From Anolis carolinensis (lineage: Eukaryota): a DNA stretch of 64,000 nucleotides. Positions 1 to 12,371 of this stretch are shown one piece after another. Made by a program: the position numbers and the translations under genes. Position 1 is the stretch's first letter. Every line of letters begins with the position of its first letter. Location: NCBI RefSeq assembly GCF_035594765.1, contig NC_085846.1, forward strand, positions 11,519,190-11,583,189, read 5' to 3'. The notes under the pieces are model-generated. The model saw nothing but the letters and a program-made list of their open reading frames with translations, did no database searches and was not told where the DNA came from.

Positions 1-2
1 AC

Positions 3-545
3 GTGATAGTACACCTTACAAAGAAAATTGCAAGAGATGAAATATTGAGAATAAATAACAAAAAACAGATATTCTACAAAGAGACAAAAATAGCGATATT
101 GAAGGAAGTACCAAATACAATAATAAATAGAAGGAAAAAATATACCTTCCTGACAGAGGAATTGAAGCAACAGAAGGCGAGATACAGGTGGGAAAGAGAA
201 GAAGGATTAATGACAACGTATAAAGGTCAAAGGTATTGGATCACAACAGAAGAAAGAGCCCGAGAATTTTACAACACAATAAGAAAGGAGAAGGATGAAG
301 AATCTGAAAGGAAACAAAAAGAGAAGAAAAAACCAAAGAGACAACGTATAGAGTCACCCGAAAAAGATGATTTGGACATAAAAGAATGCAGACTGAACCT
401 AAGGGGAAACATGGAACCTACGAATTTAGGAAAAGTGGAAGAAAGACAGGTGGAAGAGGAACAAGAGGATAGAATGAGAGAAGAAGAGGAGGAAGAGGAC
501 GAGACAGAAGCAGTGGGTGATAAGGACGAAGATAAATATGAGTGA
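3..545 (+). CDS. L1 ORF1p C-terminal part (partial) with an acidic tail
   Basis: Open frame ending TGA 543-545, directly upstream of and overlapping ORF2. Resembles the L1 ORF1p C-terminal domain, followed by an E/D-rich tail. Confidence 0.8.
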   Translation: MIVHLTKKIARDEILRINNKKQIFYKETKIAILKEVPNTIINRRKKYTFLTEELKQQKARYRWEREEGLMTTYKGQRYWITTEERAREFYNTIRKEKDEESERKQKEKKKPKRQRIESPEKDDLDIKECRLNLRGNMEPTNLGKVEERQVEEEQEDRMREEEEEEDETEAVGDKDEDKYE

Positions 546-3500
546 ACTTAAAATTTATTCAAACAATATTAACGGACTAAATTCGGCAACAAAAAGGAAT
601 AAAGTATTTAATGAGCTAAAGAAAAAAAGATATCAAATTATTGCTCTCCAAGAGACCCACATATACCAAAAACACGTTAAATATCTGGAGGAAAAAAAAC
701 TGGGACAATGCTTTTATGCCTCGGCATTAGAAAAAAAAAAGGGGGTAGTGATGTATGTAGAAAGGAGAATACCAGCTAAATTAGCTTTTAAGGATGAGGA
801 GGGTAGATTCATAGGAGTAAAAATAACGATTCAGGGAATAGATATATTAATATGTAACATATATGCACCTAATGGAGCAAAGTCAGCATTCACAGAAAAA
901 CTAAAAGGCAGTATAAATGATCAAGAATATGAACATTTAGTATTAATAGGAGATTTCAACGGTGTAGTAGAGGGGGAAATAGATAGGAGTAAAGTAGCGA
1001 AGAAAGGGAAAAGTAAAAATAATATAGGGAATTTACCAAAAACAATGATGAGCATGATGAAGGAACTAAACATTCAGGATAGCTGGAGAATAAAACATGA
1101 AGGAGTAAGGGATTTTACTTTTTTCTCGACCAGACACCAAAGCTGGTCGAGAATCGACATGGCGTGGGTGTCAAAGTCCTTAATACCAAAAATAAGAAAA
1201 ACAGTGATATTGCCAAGGTTAGATTCAGACCATTGCCCATTAGAATTAGAGATATTCTACAATAAAAAAGAATGGAAGTGGAGGTTAGATGAAAATCTAT
1301 TGAAGAAAGAGGAAGACATTGAAAGAATAAGGAAAGTAATACAAGAATATTTCGAGATAAATGACACAACAGAGATAGACCTATTTACATTGTGGGAAGC
1401 AAGCAAAGTAGTAGTAAGAGGGAGATTTATCCAACAAAAAGCAATTAAAAAGAAGGAAAGATTAAAAAAAATGAACAAGATAATTGAAGAAATAAAAAAG
1501 GAAGAAATTAGGTTAAAATCAAACCCAAGTAACAAGGATACCCAGAGGAACATAGAAATCTTACAAAAACAAAGGGAATATTTGATAATGGAGGAAAGGG
1601 CTAATAAACTGAAATTTATAAAGCAAGATTTCTTTCAAAACGCAAATAAACCGGGAAGATGGATGTCTAATAGAATTAAGGAAAGAAAGGAAAGTAAATA
1701 TGTAACAAAAATAAAAGAAGGGGACAAAATATATACAAAGGAGGAAGACATAAAAACCCAATTCCAAAAGTTTTATGAAACACTCTACCAAAAAGAACAA
1801 ATAGACGAGGAGAAAATAATGAAATACATAGAAGAGAGAAAAGTGACCAAAATCTCAGAAAAACAAAGAGAGGAACTAAATAGGGAAATTACAGAGCAGG
1901 AGATAAAGAAGGCCATACAAAATTTGAAACCTAATAAGGCCCCAGGCCCAGATGGGCTAACAGCAGTATATTATAAAACCTTCGGCCAAGAGCTAATACC
2001 ATACTTGAAAAAAATTATGAATAGGATTAGAGAAATTGCAAAAATGCCGGAAACATGGAAACAAGCAAACATATGTACAATACATAAAGAAAATTCGGAC
2101 CCAGAAAAAATTAAAAATTACAGGCCAATTTCACTATTAAACTTGGATTATAAAATTTTTAGCAATATAATAGCGGAAAGATTTAAAAACTTTTTAAAAA
2201 ACTGGATAAAAGAAGAACAAACAGGGTTTTTGCCCAATAGACACCAAAGAGAAAATGTAAGAACCATCATTGACTTGATTGAATATTATGAAATAAAAAA
2301 TCAAAAAAAAGTTCTTTTACTGGCCCTCGATGCTGAGAAAGCTTTCGACAATGTAAATTGGTCCTTTTTCAAATTATTAATAAGGGAAATGGATATAGGT
2401 TATTATTTCCAAAATACAATTGATGCAATATACACCTCACAAAAGGCAAAAATACTAATTAACGACCGAGAAACGAAAGATATAAATATAGAGAAAGGAA
2501 CTAGGCAAGGCTGCCCCTTATCACCATTAATATTCATTTTAACACTGGAGATACTATTAAACAGAATAAGGGAGGAAGAAGAACTGAAAGGAGCAAAAAT
2601 ACAGAATTATGAATACAAAATCAGAGCCTTCGCGGATGATATTATATGTGTAATAGAAGACCCGGACACAAAACTAGGAAAATGGCTAGAGATAATAAGA
2701 GAATTCGGAGCAGTAGCAGGATTTAAAATAAATTTGGAAAAAACGAAAGCAATTACCAAAAATATAACAAAGAAGGAACAAGAAACTTTAATGAAAAAAT
2801 GGAATATCCAAATCGCCCCCAAAATAAAATATCTAGGAATAATTATAACCCAGAAAAACTCTCAGCTACTTGAAAATAACTATCTAACAAAGTGGAAAGA
2901 GATGAAGAAGGAAATGGAGATTTGGGGGAAGTTAAAACTTTCATTGTTAGGCAGAATAGCATGTGTAAAAATGAGTATTCTACCAAAAATGATATTCCTA
3001 TTTCAGAATCTGCCGATAATTAGAAACCAAAAGACCCTTAAAGAGTGGAACAGGGACATAATGAAATTTATATGGCAAAAAAAGAAACCGAGAATAAAGC
3101 TGAAATATATGATCCAGGAAAAGAACAGGGGGGGACTAGCGACACCAGACTTAAAACTTTACTTCGAAGCATCGGCTTTAATGTGGGTACGAGATTGGAC
3201 AAAATTAGAAAATAATACATTGCTAAATTTGGAAGGAATAAATTTAAGATTGGGTTGGCACGCATACCTATGGTATGGGAAATCCAAAATTGAGAAAGAA
3301 TTTAATAATCATTTTATACGCTCAGCAATTCTTAAAATTTGGGAAAAATACAAAAAGAAATTATATGACAAAACGCCTTTATGGGCTTCTCCCCTAGAAG
3401 CATCGCAGAGAAGACTACTGGGATGGCACAACTGGCCAAATTATAAAGAATTATTAGTAAAACAGAATGGAGAATGGGAAATGAGACCCCAACAGGAACT

Positions 3501-4287
3501 GAGAGAAATAAATAAAAAGATTTCCTGGTATCAGATATGGCAGGTAAAAGAACATTTTAAGACAGACAAACAAGTAGGATTTGAGGAGCAAAATACATTC
3601 TGGGAAAAAATAACACAAACAGACAGAAAAATAATAACAAAAATCTATAAAAAATTAATAGAATGGGAAACAGAAAAAGAGGAGGAAAAATCATATATGA
3701 CCAGATGGAATGAAAATATAGGCAGGAAGATTAGGAAAGAAGAATGGGAAGGAATCTGGAGGGAGAAACTGAAATATAGCTATGCAACAGATCTAAAGGA
3801 AAATTGGATTAAGATGGCCTATAGATGGCACATGACACCACAAAAATTAGGAAAATGTTATAAAAACTTTTAAAAAAATTGTTGGAAGTGTGAGAAGATT
3901 GAGGGCACATACTACCATATGTGGTGGGGATGTGAAAAAGCCAAGATATATTGGAAGAAAATTAGGGGAGACATAGAAAAGATATTAGAGATAAAACTGC
4001 CAATGAAACCGGAAATATGGTTACTAGGAATAACGGAACAAAAACTAGAAAAAAATAAAGATAAATTATTATTTCTGCTAACGACGGCAGCAAGGATATG
4101 CTATGCGAGGATTTGGAAGAATCCTGAAATCCCTAAAGAAGAAGAATGGTTGAAAAAAATACAAGATATAAAAAATATGGATAGGCTCACTTTCCTTCTA
4201 TCAAAAAGTAAGGGAAATCCGATAAAAGAAACAAATTGGGACAATGTAACAAAATACCTAGAAGGAAAGATAAAACATTCAAAATAA
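538..4287 (+). pseudogene. L1 ORF2p (APE endonuclease, RT, CCHC domain) with one in-frame TAA at 3871-3873
   Basis: ATG at 538. EN motifs NINGLN, LQETH, GDFN, SRID, SDH; RT motifs PGPDG, YRPISLLN, DAEKAFD, GTRQGCPLSP, FADD, YLGI. The same frame continues past the stop as KNCWKCEKIEGTYYHMWWGC (CCHC) to TAA 4285-4287. Confidence 0.93.
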
Positions 4288-4987
4288 ATATAAAAATAAA
4301 TAAAACAGCAAGACCACAGAATAAAAATGGAAAGACAAGAGACATATATAAAAGAAAAGAAATAAATAAATAAATAGATAAATAAATAAACAAAAACAAA
4401 GATAACATAAGAAGCAAAGGAAGTCAGGATAAAATGAAAACTAAGAAGGGAAATATTAAAAAACAGAAGATGAAAAAAGAAAACCCCCCATCATGAATGG
4501 AAGAAAGACGGGAAGGAAGGACTCCAGAGAAACGATATGAAACAAGGAAAAGATTGAAGAATGAAAAGGAAGGAAATCTCCAGGAAAATGCCCAGAAGTC
4601 CAATTTATTTTATATATATTCTCTATTCTCTTTTCTCTCTTTTTTTTTCTCTCTTCTCTCTTTCTCTTTTCTTTCTTTTTTTTTCTCTTTTTTCTCCTTT
4701 TTCTTTTTTCTATCTCACTATCTAATCATGCTTATTATCTTATATCTATATTTTAATATGTAAATGGAAAACTTAATAAAGATTATTTAAAAAAAAAAAA
4801 GAAGGCAAAGATTTCTCTGGGCTCAGGTAGGAAACCCTCTGCTTCATGCATACTGGATAGAAAAATGGTATCAACTCCCTCTATAGAAACTATGAAAGCA
4901 TCTACACTGGCTGGTTACACAGAGAGCTATGTAGTCAGCAGGAAGCAATGGCAACAACATACAAGATGAGGTGATGTCCATATAGAC

Positions 4988-5116
4988 CAGTGGTTCTCAA
5001 CCTGTGCATCCCCAGGAGTTTGGCCTACAACTCCGAGAGAACACAGCCAGTTCACCAGCTGTCAGTTGGGAGTTGACGGCCAAAACATCTGGGGACCCAC
5101 AGGTTGAAAACCACTG
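4988..5116. mobile_element. Palindromic hAT-type MITE (CAGTGGTTCTCAACC TIR family); other copies at about 13436-13570, 13958-14090, 15801-15935, 36800-36912 and 42222-42357
   Basis: TIRs cagtggttctcaacc / ggttgaaaaccactg; internally self-complementary; multi-copy in the window. Confidence 0.8.
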
Positions 5117-5797
5117 TTGTAGACTCAACCAATCTGGACCATCTGGACATCAGCCCTAGATTTAATACATACATGCTGAATCCAGGGCTGCTTCAGGACA
5201 AATATACCCCAGAGTAACCTACCCGGTATGAATGCATTCACAGTTCCTCATTTCAAAATGTGATATGTTGTGCCATTTTAGAAGCCCTGCATGGTGGCAA
5301 TCAAAGTATCAATTCTACTTTGAATTGATCTCCTTTTCCAAACCAGATTTGGGTGAGTAAAAGAAAATAAAGAGTATTATCATCTTTTCTTGGGGCGACA
5401 GGAGAAATCTGACAGCCATCCTACTGGTTGATCCTCAAATGGTCAGAAGCACTAGGATAGGCAACATCAAAGGAACATAGCAAGTCGTATCATGCATATC
5501 ATCCCATACTTGGAGAATGAAATATAGTAAAATGAGGGTGGGGGGAGAGAGAGGAGCTACAACCCAACTATAAAATGAGACATCACACCATTAAATACAT
5601 TTGCAGAGTTTATAAATCAGTGATTATCAGATTACATATGGTTCAAGAAATGAAGCAAAGCTCAAAATGACAGTGTATTTTATTTGTTTGGTTTCTATAA
5701 AGCCTAAATATGCTTTTTGATCTTACCAAAAGGCCGAGGAATTTAAATCAAAAAAGCCAAAATGAAGACACAGAAATGGAGAATTAAATGAAAGTTT

Positions 5798-5935
5798 NNN
5801 NNNNNNNNNNNNNNNNNNNNNNNNNNNNNNNNNNNNNNNNNNNNNNNNNNNNNNNNNNNNNNNNNNNNNNNNNNNNNNNNNNNNNNNNNNNNNNNNNNNN
5901 NNNNNNNNNNNNNNNNNNNNNNNNNNNNNNNNNNN
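5798..5935. other. Assembly gap (N run)
   Basis: 138 N bases. Confidence 1.
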
Positions 5936-5976
5936 TAAGTAGTCTCCTATGAGGCATTTAGAACATAGCATTCATC

Positions 5977-6191
5977 TTAGATCTGACCTTCGTCATAGTG
6001 TACAGGCAAATTATTATCACAGGCAATAACAATATATCTATTTGACTTGTTCTCTCTATAGTTACAAGGTGGACGGGTCGAGGCCCCCGTGAGCTTGAAG
6101 GTGGTGACAGAGAACTGTTTCTTGCTACGCCGCAATCTCGTCCCATAAGGCTCCCCTCCACTGCCACATACAGATATGATGTTATTCTTGG
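5977..6191 (-). pseudogene. RNase A-superfamily pseudogene, C-terminal half only; paralog of 12372-12797
   Basis: KNNIISVCGSGGEPYGTRLRRSKKQFSVTTFKLTGASTRPPCNYRENKSNRYIVIACDNNLPVHYDEGQI* aligns gaplessly to the 12372 gene. A conserved Cys is Phe (TTFKL), and the N-terminal half is replaced by TE fragments from about 6192. Confidence 0.9.
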
Positions 6192-6394
6192 TGTCGTTGT
6201 CAGGACCCTGGCTGCAGAGCACCAATAACCTTACACAGAGGCCAGTCTCTATCTAATATCTTTATTTAAGAAATATGGGTAAATGATCTTGAAGGGCCAC
6301 ATCCGGCACACGGGCCTTAGTTTGGGGACCCCTGCTCTAGATCAAGGAAAGTCATAGTCTTACTAAAAGTTACTATAGACTGCATTGGTCAGAC

Positions 6395-6880
6395 CTTATA
6401 GGGAATAACCCTGTGTCCAGTTCTGGGATCCACAATTCAAGAATGACATTGATGAGCTGGAAGGTATATAGAGAAGGGAGACAAAAAGTCTGGAAGCCAA
6501 ACCCTATAAGGGACAATGTAGGGAGCTGGATATGCTTAGCTTGGAGAAGAGAGGATTGAAATGGGAAATGATAGCCATTAAGTATTAGAAAGGATGTCTT
6601 ATTGAGGAGGGGGCGAGCTTGTTCTCTGCTGTTCTGGAGATCGGAATACATTGGAACAATGGATTTGAGTTGCAGGAAAAGAGATTCCACCTAAACATTA
6701 CAAAGTATTTCCTGATGGCAAGAACTGTTTGACAGTGGAATATATTGCTTCAGAGTGTGGTAGAGTCTCCTTCTTTGCAGGCTTTGAAACAGAGGTTAGA
6801 TGGTCATCTGTTGGAAGTGATTTAATTTGTGTTCCGTCATGGCAGAATGGGTTTAATGGGTATAATTCTATGATTCTAAG
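6395..6880 (+). mobile_element. Degraded CR1 LINE 3' fragment
   Basis: Colinear with the CR1 copy at 28826-29437 (gcttgttctctgctg...gagattccacctaaacatta...ttctatgattcta tail). Confidence 0.8.
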
Positions 6881-7224
6881 GTACAAATGGTCAATTTCAA
6901 GACTGGTTTGTGAGGGGAAACATGCAACCATCCCCAATATTTTTCCCAAACACCCCCCCCCCCAACTAGGTTTCTGCATAGTCTACATTTTTTTTAAAGA
7001 CTGCAAAATGTAACAAGTCATCAAAACAGTACATAAACATTTTGGAATAATCTCCCATTGAGGTGAAACTTTTTGAAATAATTCTTTCTGGTGTGTGAGT
7101 GAATTCAGAACAGATTTAGAGGCCTATGTTACCCCCATGTTTAATGTTGATCAGCTAGAATTCACTCATTGCAAACAGAAGTTGGGTCTACTCATATATT
7201 GACAATATTTTCCATTTTCCTTTA

Positions 7225-7330
7225 CTTACCCAAATCTGGTCTTGGAAAGGAAATCAATTTGGAGTAGAGATAAAGTAGGAAGTGTGGGTTGGAGTCTTTC
7301 CACACTTAGAAAAGAACCTGATATATAAAT
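7225..7330 (-). promoter_or_regulatory. Putative TATA box, non-coding exon 1 and splice donor of the RNase pseudogene
   Basis: Minus-strand TTTATATAT at about 7321-7329 and a G|GTAAGT donor at about 7223-7229. Region about 7220-8270 is homologous to 14760-15585. Confidence 0.55.
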
Positions 7331-7769
7331 ACTTTGCTAGTATGGGGAGGGGTACATGGTGAGATTGCCACCTCACCACAATCACATAAGGAAGTCATAC
7401 CTAGAACTGGACAGGACCAATTTTGCAACAGAAAACCACATAGATGACACAAGGTTATTTTAAGAGCCCATTTTGCAGTTTAAATGACCCCAAATCTTCC
7501 TCAAGTTTTGAATGGTTGAAATGTTTGGGATTAGAACATTCCCACTACTCTGTTATGCTATCTGTACAGATAGTTATGCTATTTGTAGAGGATGGGTGTT
7601 ATAGCTCAGTCTGTCTGAAGCAAGCATGGGCAAATTTTGGCCATCAAGATGTTAGAAATTGTGGGAGTTGAAGTCCAAAACACATGGAAGGCCGAAATCT
7701 ACCCATGCTTAGTCTGGAGTTATGTCAACAGGTTGGGCAAGAGTGTCCAAAATGTCCTGAAAATCTGTG

Positions 7770-7918
7770 GGCCCTTCCACACAGCCATATAACCCAAAAT
7801 ATCAAGGCAGAAAATCCCACAATATCTGCTTTGTACTGCGATATCTGAGTCCACACTGCCATATATTCTAGTTCAAAGCAGATATTGTGAGATTTTATTC
7901 AGCTGTGTGGAAGGGGCC
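7770..7918. mobile_element. Palindromic MITE (ggcccttccacacag...ctgtgtggaaggggcc); related copies at 30069-30205 and about 36982-37135
   Basis: Terminal inverted repeats with internal symmetry. Superfamily (PIF/Harbinger-like) is uncertain. Confidence 0.65.
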
Positions 7919-9786
7919 TAAGTTCCTAAAGAACATTTTATCTTCCCACAAAAGTATGAAAGTGACTCGCTCCATGGGTTTCTCAGATTTTGGGGGGCCT
8001 CTGGACATGTCAAAGGGGTCCCTTCTTCACCAAATAGTATATCCATATACATCCTAGGAATTCCAAAAAAATTAAAGGCTGTGTCTTCCAGTGTCACAGC
8101 TACGAACGATTTATGATACCATTTAATCAGGCTGTTGAAAAGCACATCCATCATTCCTCCAAGATGAAAATCAGACATGGCTGATAGCAGATAGGCTGAC
8201 TGAGGTAGTTGCCTCAAGCAGAAGATGCTAGAAGGTGACAGCAAAGTCTTGGAGGAGAATGTCCTGCAGCCCTGAGGGTAACCTGCCTCTTCAAGGATGG
8301 TGGAGTGGCATTTGCATCATCTGTGTTTAAAATAGACTCAACAGCCCCATTAGCTTTTGCGCATAGAATAGGAAGGCACCACAATCTCGTTCTTTGCTTC
8401 AGGCATCAAAAGTCTTGGGACAACCCTACCCACAGGGTCTCCTCTCCCTCACAAGCATTTTGCTGTCTTATTTAGATATTTAGTAGAGTTATTTTTTTAA
8501 AAAAACTGTATTTTGCTCAGCGATATCCATGGTAGTTTGTAGTAAACACTGAAAATCAGGAATTTCTGATGACGCTTGATTTTGATGGTCTTCTTTTCCT
8601 GCAGACTCTCTGTTTGGAGTTCCTCCTTCCAGTTCTCTGGATATAATATACTATTCCAATTAAATACTGGGAGACTGGATAGAATACCTTAATTCAGCAG
8701 CACAAATTTACTTGAATCGAAAGTTGTAGTCCAACACTCTGCCATTACAACACACTATTTCTCTGGCTCTCACCATGCTGCCTCTTAATTGTATAGTTAT
8801 GAATAATTTTATCTCTGCCCAAAAGCCGATCTTGGGTTTTCTTTAATTGGGATCTCGGCCTTTATTTCTGGCTTTCTGTACCACCCTTCCTTATATTTTA
8901 CATACTCCTGATATTTTCCTTACTGGGAAAAGCAGGAGTGATACCCCATTTAGTTTCTCCTCACCGGGTGGAAGAAACTGAAATAGTTCGACTGGATTTT
9001 GGACTTTTAGGTCACCAACTCTATTTGAGACTTAAGAAAAATAGAATGATGAATAATCCAATATCTGAAGTCATTGAGCCCCATGGATTCTTATTAGCCA
9101 CCTTTCATCAATGAGCCGCATGGATTCTTACTAACCACCTTTCATTCATGGCCAAAGCCTTGTTTCCACTCTACCTTCTAGTCAAAGTGATTAGCTTCCA
9201 TTTGTATCTAGTTTTAAGTGCCTTTTGACCTCAGTAAAATGAAGCTTTGCTTTATTTAAACATCAGCTAGTTCTTTCCTCTTGGTGTGTCTGCAATCACT
9301 CAAGTGAACGATGGAATTTCACAAGATTAGGAGGAAAAATGTATCTGGATCTTTGTGAAAGATCTTGCTTTACCTGAATTTTCTACATTCTTGATCTCCC
9401 GAGGCTATGTGGCAGTCTGAACAGTTAGATCAGGTTTTAGCCCAACCCTCTCTCCAGAAAGACACAACAGTCATAATCCTTTCTCTGTGCTGTTCATATG
9501 GGAAAGAGATCACTCATCCCCATGTGGACACCACTACCTTCTGCCAGCCATGAAGCTCTGTGTGAATACCTGGTCTCAGTTGTCACACCTGTTGATGTCA
9601 GCATAAGCAACCCATGAAACCAGCAAATGGAAGGCCAGTTGACCCTCTCCTTCTTGCTGGTTACACAGATCTCTGTCATCAGCAGAGAGCAGTTGTGGCA
9701 AGACACAAGATGAGGTGATGTTCAAAGCCCATCTGGACACCAGCCACAGATTCAGCACATACATTTCAAATTCAGGGCTGCTCTAG

Positions 9787-10813
9787 TGTTATGTGATTTC
9801 AGCTTCGGCAAGAACCATGGGTTTGGAGCCTGGTGTGACAAGCTTCCAGAAGGAGATAAGATACAGATGGGTTGAAAGCAAAATCAGAGGCTTTATTCTC
9901 AATGGCCAAAAAGGATGTCAGCAGAGACAGTGCTCTCAAAGAATGACATACCATAATTGCAAACATACAGTTTTATTGATACTGGGTTGTTGTATGTCTT
10001 TCGGGCTGTGTGGCCATGTTCCAGAAGCATTCTCTCCTGACGTTTCGCCCACATCTATGGCAGGCATCCTCAGAGGTTGAGGTATGAAAGCCTTCGACAA
10101 CACTTTATTGATACTACTTTGACAATTATTCAAAAATACCCAGTGATTTTGGTCATGAAAGCCTTTGACAATACCAAGGTGGTTTCTGATTAGTCCAAAA
10201 CATGGCCAACTAGGATCTATTCCCTGGTTGGCCCAGGGCTCCATTTATCATAATTACTGGTTGGTCATGGACATGGCAGGAAATTTAATAAACTGTCATT
10301 GGAGTATTTTGAAGACTTGTGTCAGTTCAGATAGGGTTACAATGAGAAAGGAATGTGGTGGGGAAAGAGATAATGGGTTAAAATGGGTTTTGATATGCCA
10401 GCTCTGGTTAATACAGTGGGTGCCAGTTAGGAAAACAAAAAAGATGCTCAAGATGTTGGCTATTTCAGTGGGAACCCCTGGGAGGGGTCTAATTTGGTGA
10501 CAAAGATGAGGAGACATTCTCAGAAATAAATCAGATCATATCAGGGGAAAACAGAAAAAGGCCCAGCGGCTCTGTTGTAAGTCCACTGTGTGTTCCATGT
10601 GTCATCCCAGGGTATTGTGAGAGGATTGTGCTATCTAAGGTGTCGCCATCCTCTGAGGCCTGAGCTGTGTGCAATGTGTGTGCAACATTTTACCGGGGTT
10701 TAATGAACATAACTGTAAAACTAAAGGAAAGTGAGATCTGTGTGGGCACCCCAATTCATCCTTATGGGGCCGTAGACTATGGGGTTTATCATTTTGGGGG
10801 TCTGGTTTTGACA
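9787..10813 (-). mobile_element. Probable solo LTR (about 1 kb) containing a nested Penelope-like fragment (about 9985-10165)
   Basis: TG...CA ends; minus-strand AATAAA about 100 nt from its 3' end; absent from the paralogous segment at about 5190. TSD is not clean. Confidence 0.5.
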
Positions 10814-12371
10814 ATACCAGGACAAATGTACACTGGAGCAATTTACTCAGTGTAGATGTGTTCACAGTGCTTCACTTCAAAATTTGATATGCTACGTCAT
10901 TCTAGAAACCCTGCTTGGTGGAGAGGAGAAGTCAATCCTTCCACTAATAAGCCTTAAACCAAAAATGTGTTGAAGTGTATTCAGAAGCAGAGTGAATGGC
11001 ACCTCCTGGAATAAACTGCTTGACCTAATACTCTGCTTGAATAGCTGAGGCACTTTTTATGTAAAATGCTTAAGCAATAAAAACATCCTGCAATCAAATT
11101 CCCCATTAAAGTCCAGGCTCTAAAGTATAAAGTATCTGCAAATTATTGCAACGGGGTTGAGCAGTTAGTAATTTCATATCTTGGGAAAAAAACTTGAGCA
11201 AAACATCAAGAAATAGAGATCCCATGTGTTTTGTGAACTGTAGGGAATTTTCATCACATCCCTATTCCCATCTATAGTTCATAGCCACAAAAATGCCAGC
11301 TAGGTATGACACACGGAGTGACATTATTTCACTTTTGCCCAAGAACACAACCCCTAAATTGAAGATTTGTACATATACACTATAGAATGAATGCAGTTTG
11401 ACACCACTTTAACCGCCATGGCTCAATGTTATGGAATCATAGGGAGTTTTAGTTTGGTGAGGCATCAGCACTCTTTGGCATAGAAGTCTAAATATCTTAT
11501 AGAACTGCAACTGCAATGATTGCATAGCATTGATTCATGGTAGTTTGAGTGGTGTCTAACCAGATTAATTCTACAGTATAGATGTACCTTCTGACTTCAC
11601 CTTATGTAAGAGAGCTGGCAACTGGAATATCAGCAAGAAAGGGAGGCTGGAGGATGTCAACTCTGCCTTTCTGTCTGAGCCTTCAACATCTATCCTATGA
11701 CCTCATTGGACAGGGTGAATTTAGCACCTTCTCCACCCCATCTAGTGGACAGAGTCCCACATCAGACATCACATGATGTTGTGTGACTTCCAGTGAACCC
11801 CATACCCCCAAGTGGGGTGAAAGTGTCCCCAGAAGCTTTCTGTCCCCCAACACAGGAGGCTTCCTGTGTTGTGCCGATCCCAATGGAGCCAGCACAAGGC
11901 CTTGCCAGGAGAGTGACATTTTCCCCATGTGATGCGGCATGATTCATCTGGCCTTTTTGATGAGGCCCCTAAAGGCACCCAGACCAGGCAATGTAGAACT
12001 GAAATTAACCTTGTGGTTAGTTTCAGTTTTACCACGTAGTGGCTCCGTGTTGGCAATCACAAAGGCACATGATGGCTATGATAAGGAACTGAATATTGCT
12101 ATGGAAGGAATCTACCATTCTCTCTTACCATCCCTCAAAATAATGCAATAAATTCAAATTCAGTTTTATTAACAGATTTTTTATTTCTACATAACAATAG
12201 CCAAAAGAACAAATATTTGCTTAGCTCTTAGCTTAGCAGTGAGCTGAACATGGCATAAGTACATTTCTCACACTAAATGTAGGGAAGGATAGCATAATTT
12301 TAGACTAGGATGGGGAATAGCAATTTTTCAATGCAGGAGACTTTCTAGAAAGGTACAGTACAGTTTTCATC

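Larger units (their letters stand above)
1..4800 (+). mobile_element. L1-clade LINE, 5' end outside the window: ORF1 end, ORF2, 3' UTR and poly(A) tail
   Basis: A-rich coding strand; ORF1 tail followed by an APE-endonuclease/RT ORF2; AATAAA at 4775-4780 and a poly(A) run at 4789-4800. Confidence 0.95.

Noticed and set aside
4497-4763. ORF with a Phe/Ser-rich hydrophobic tail in the L1 3' UTR (a possible ORF3)
   Set aside because: Explained by low-complexity purine and pyrimidine tracts that lack stop codons.
6192-6225. Start of the 82-aa ORF as a short functional RNase
   Set aside because: The first residues come from inserted repeat sequence; no signal peptide, His12 or Lys41.
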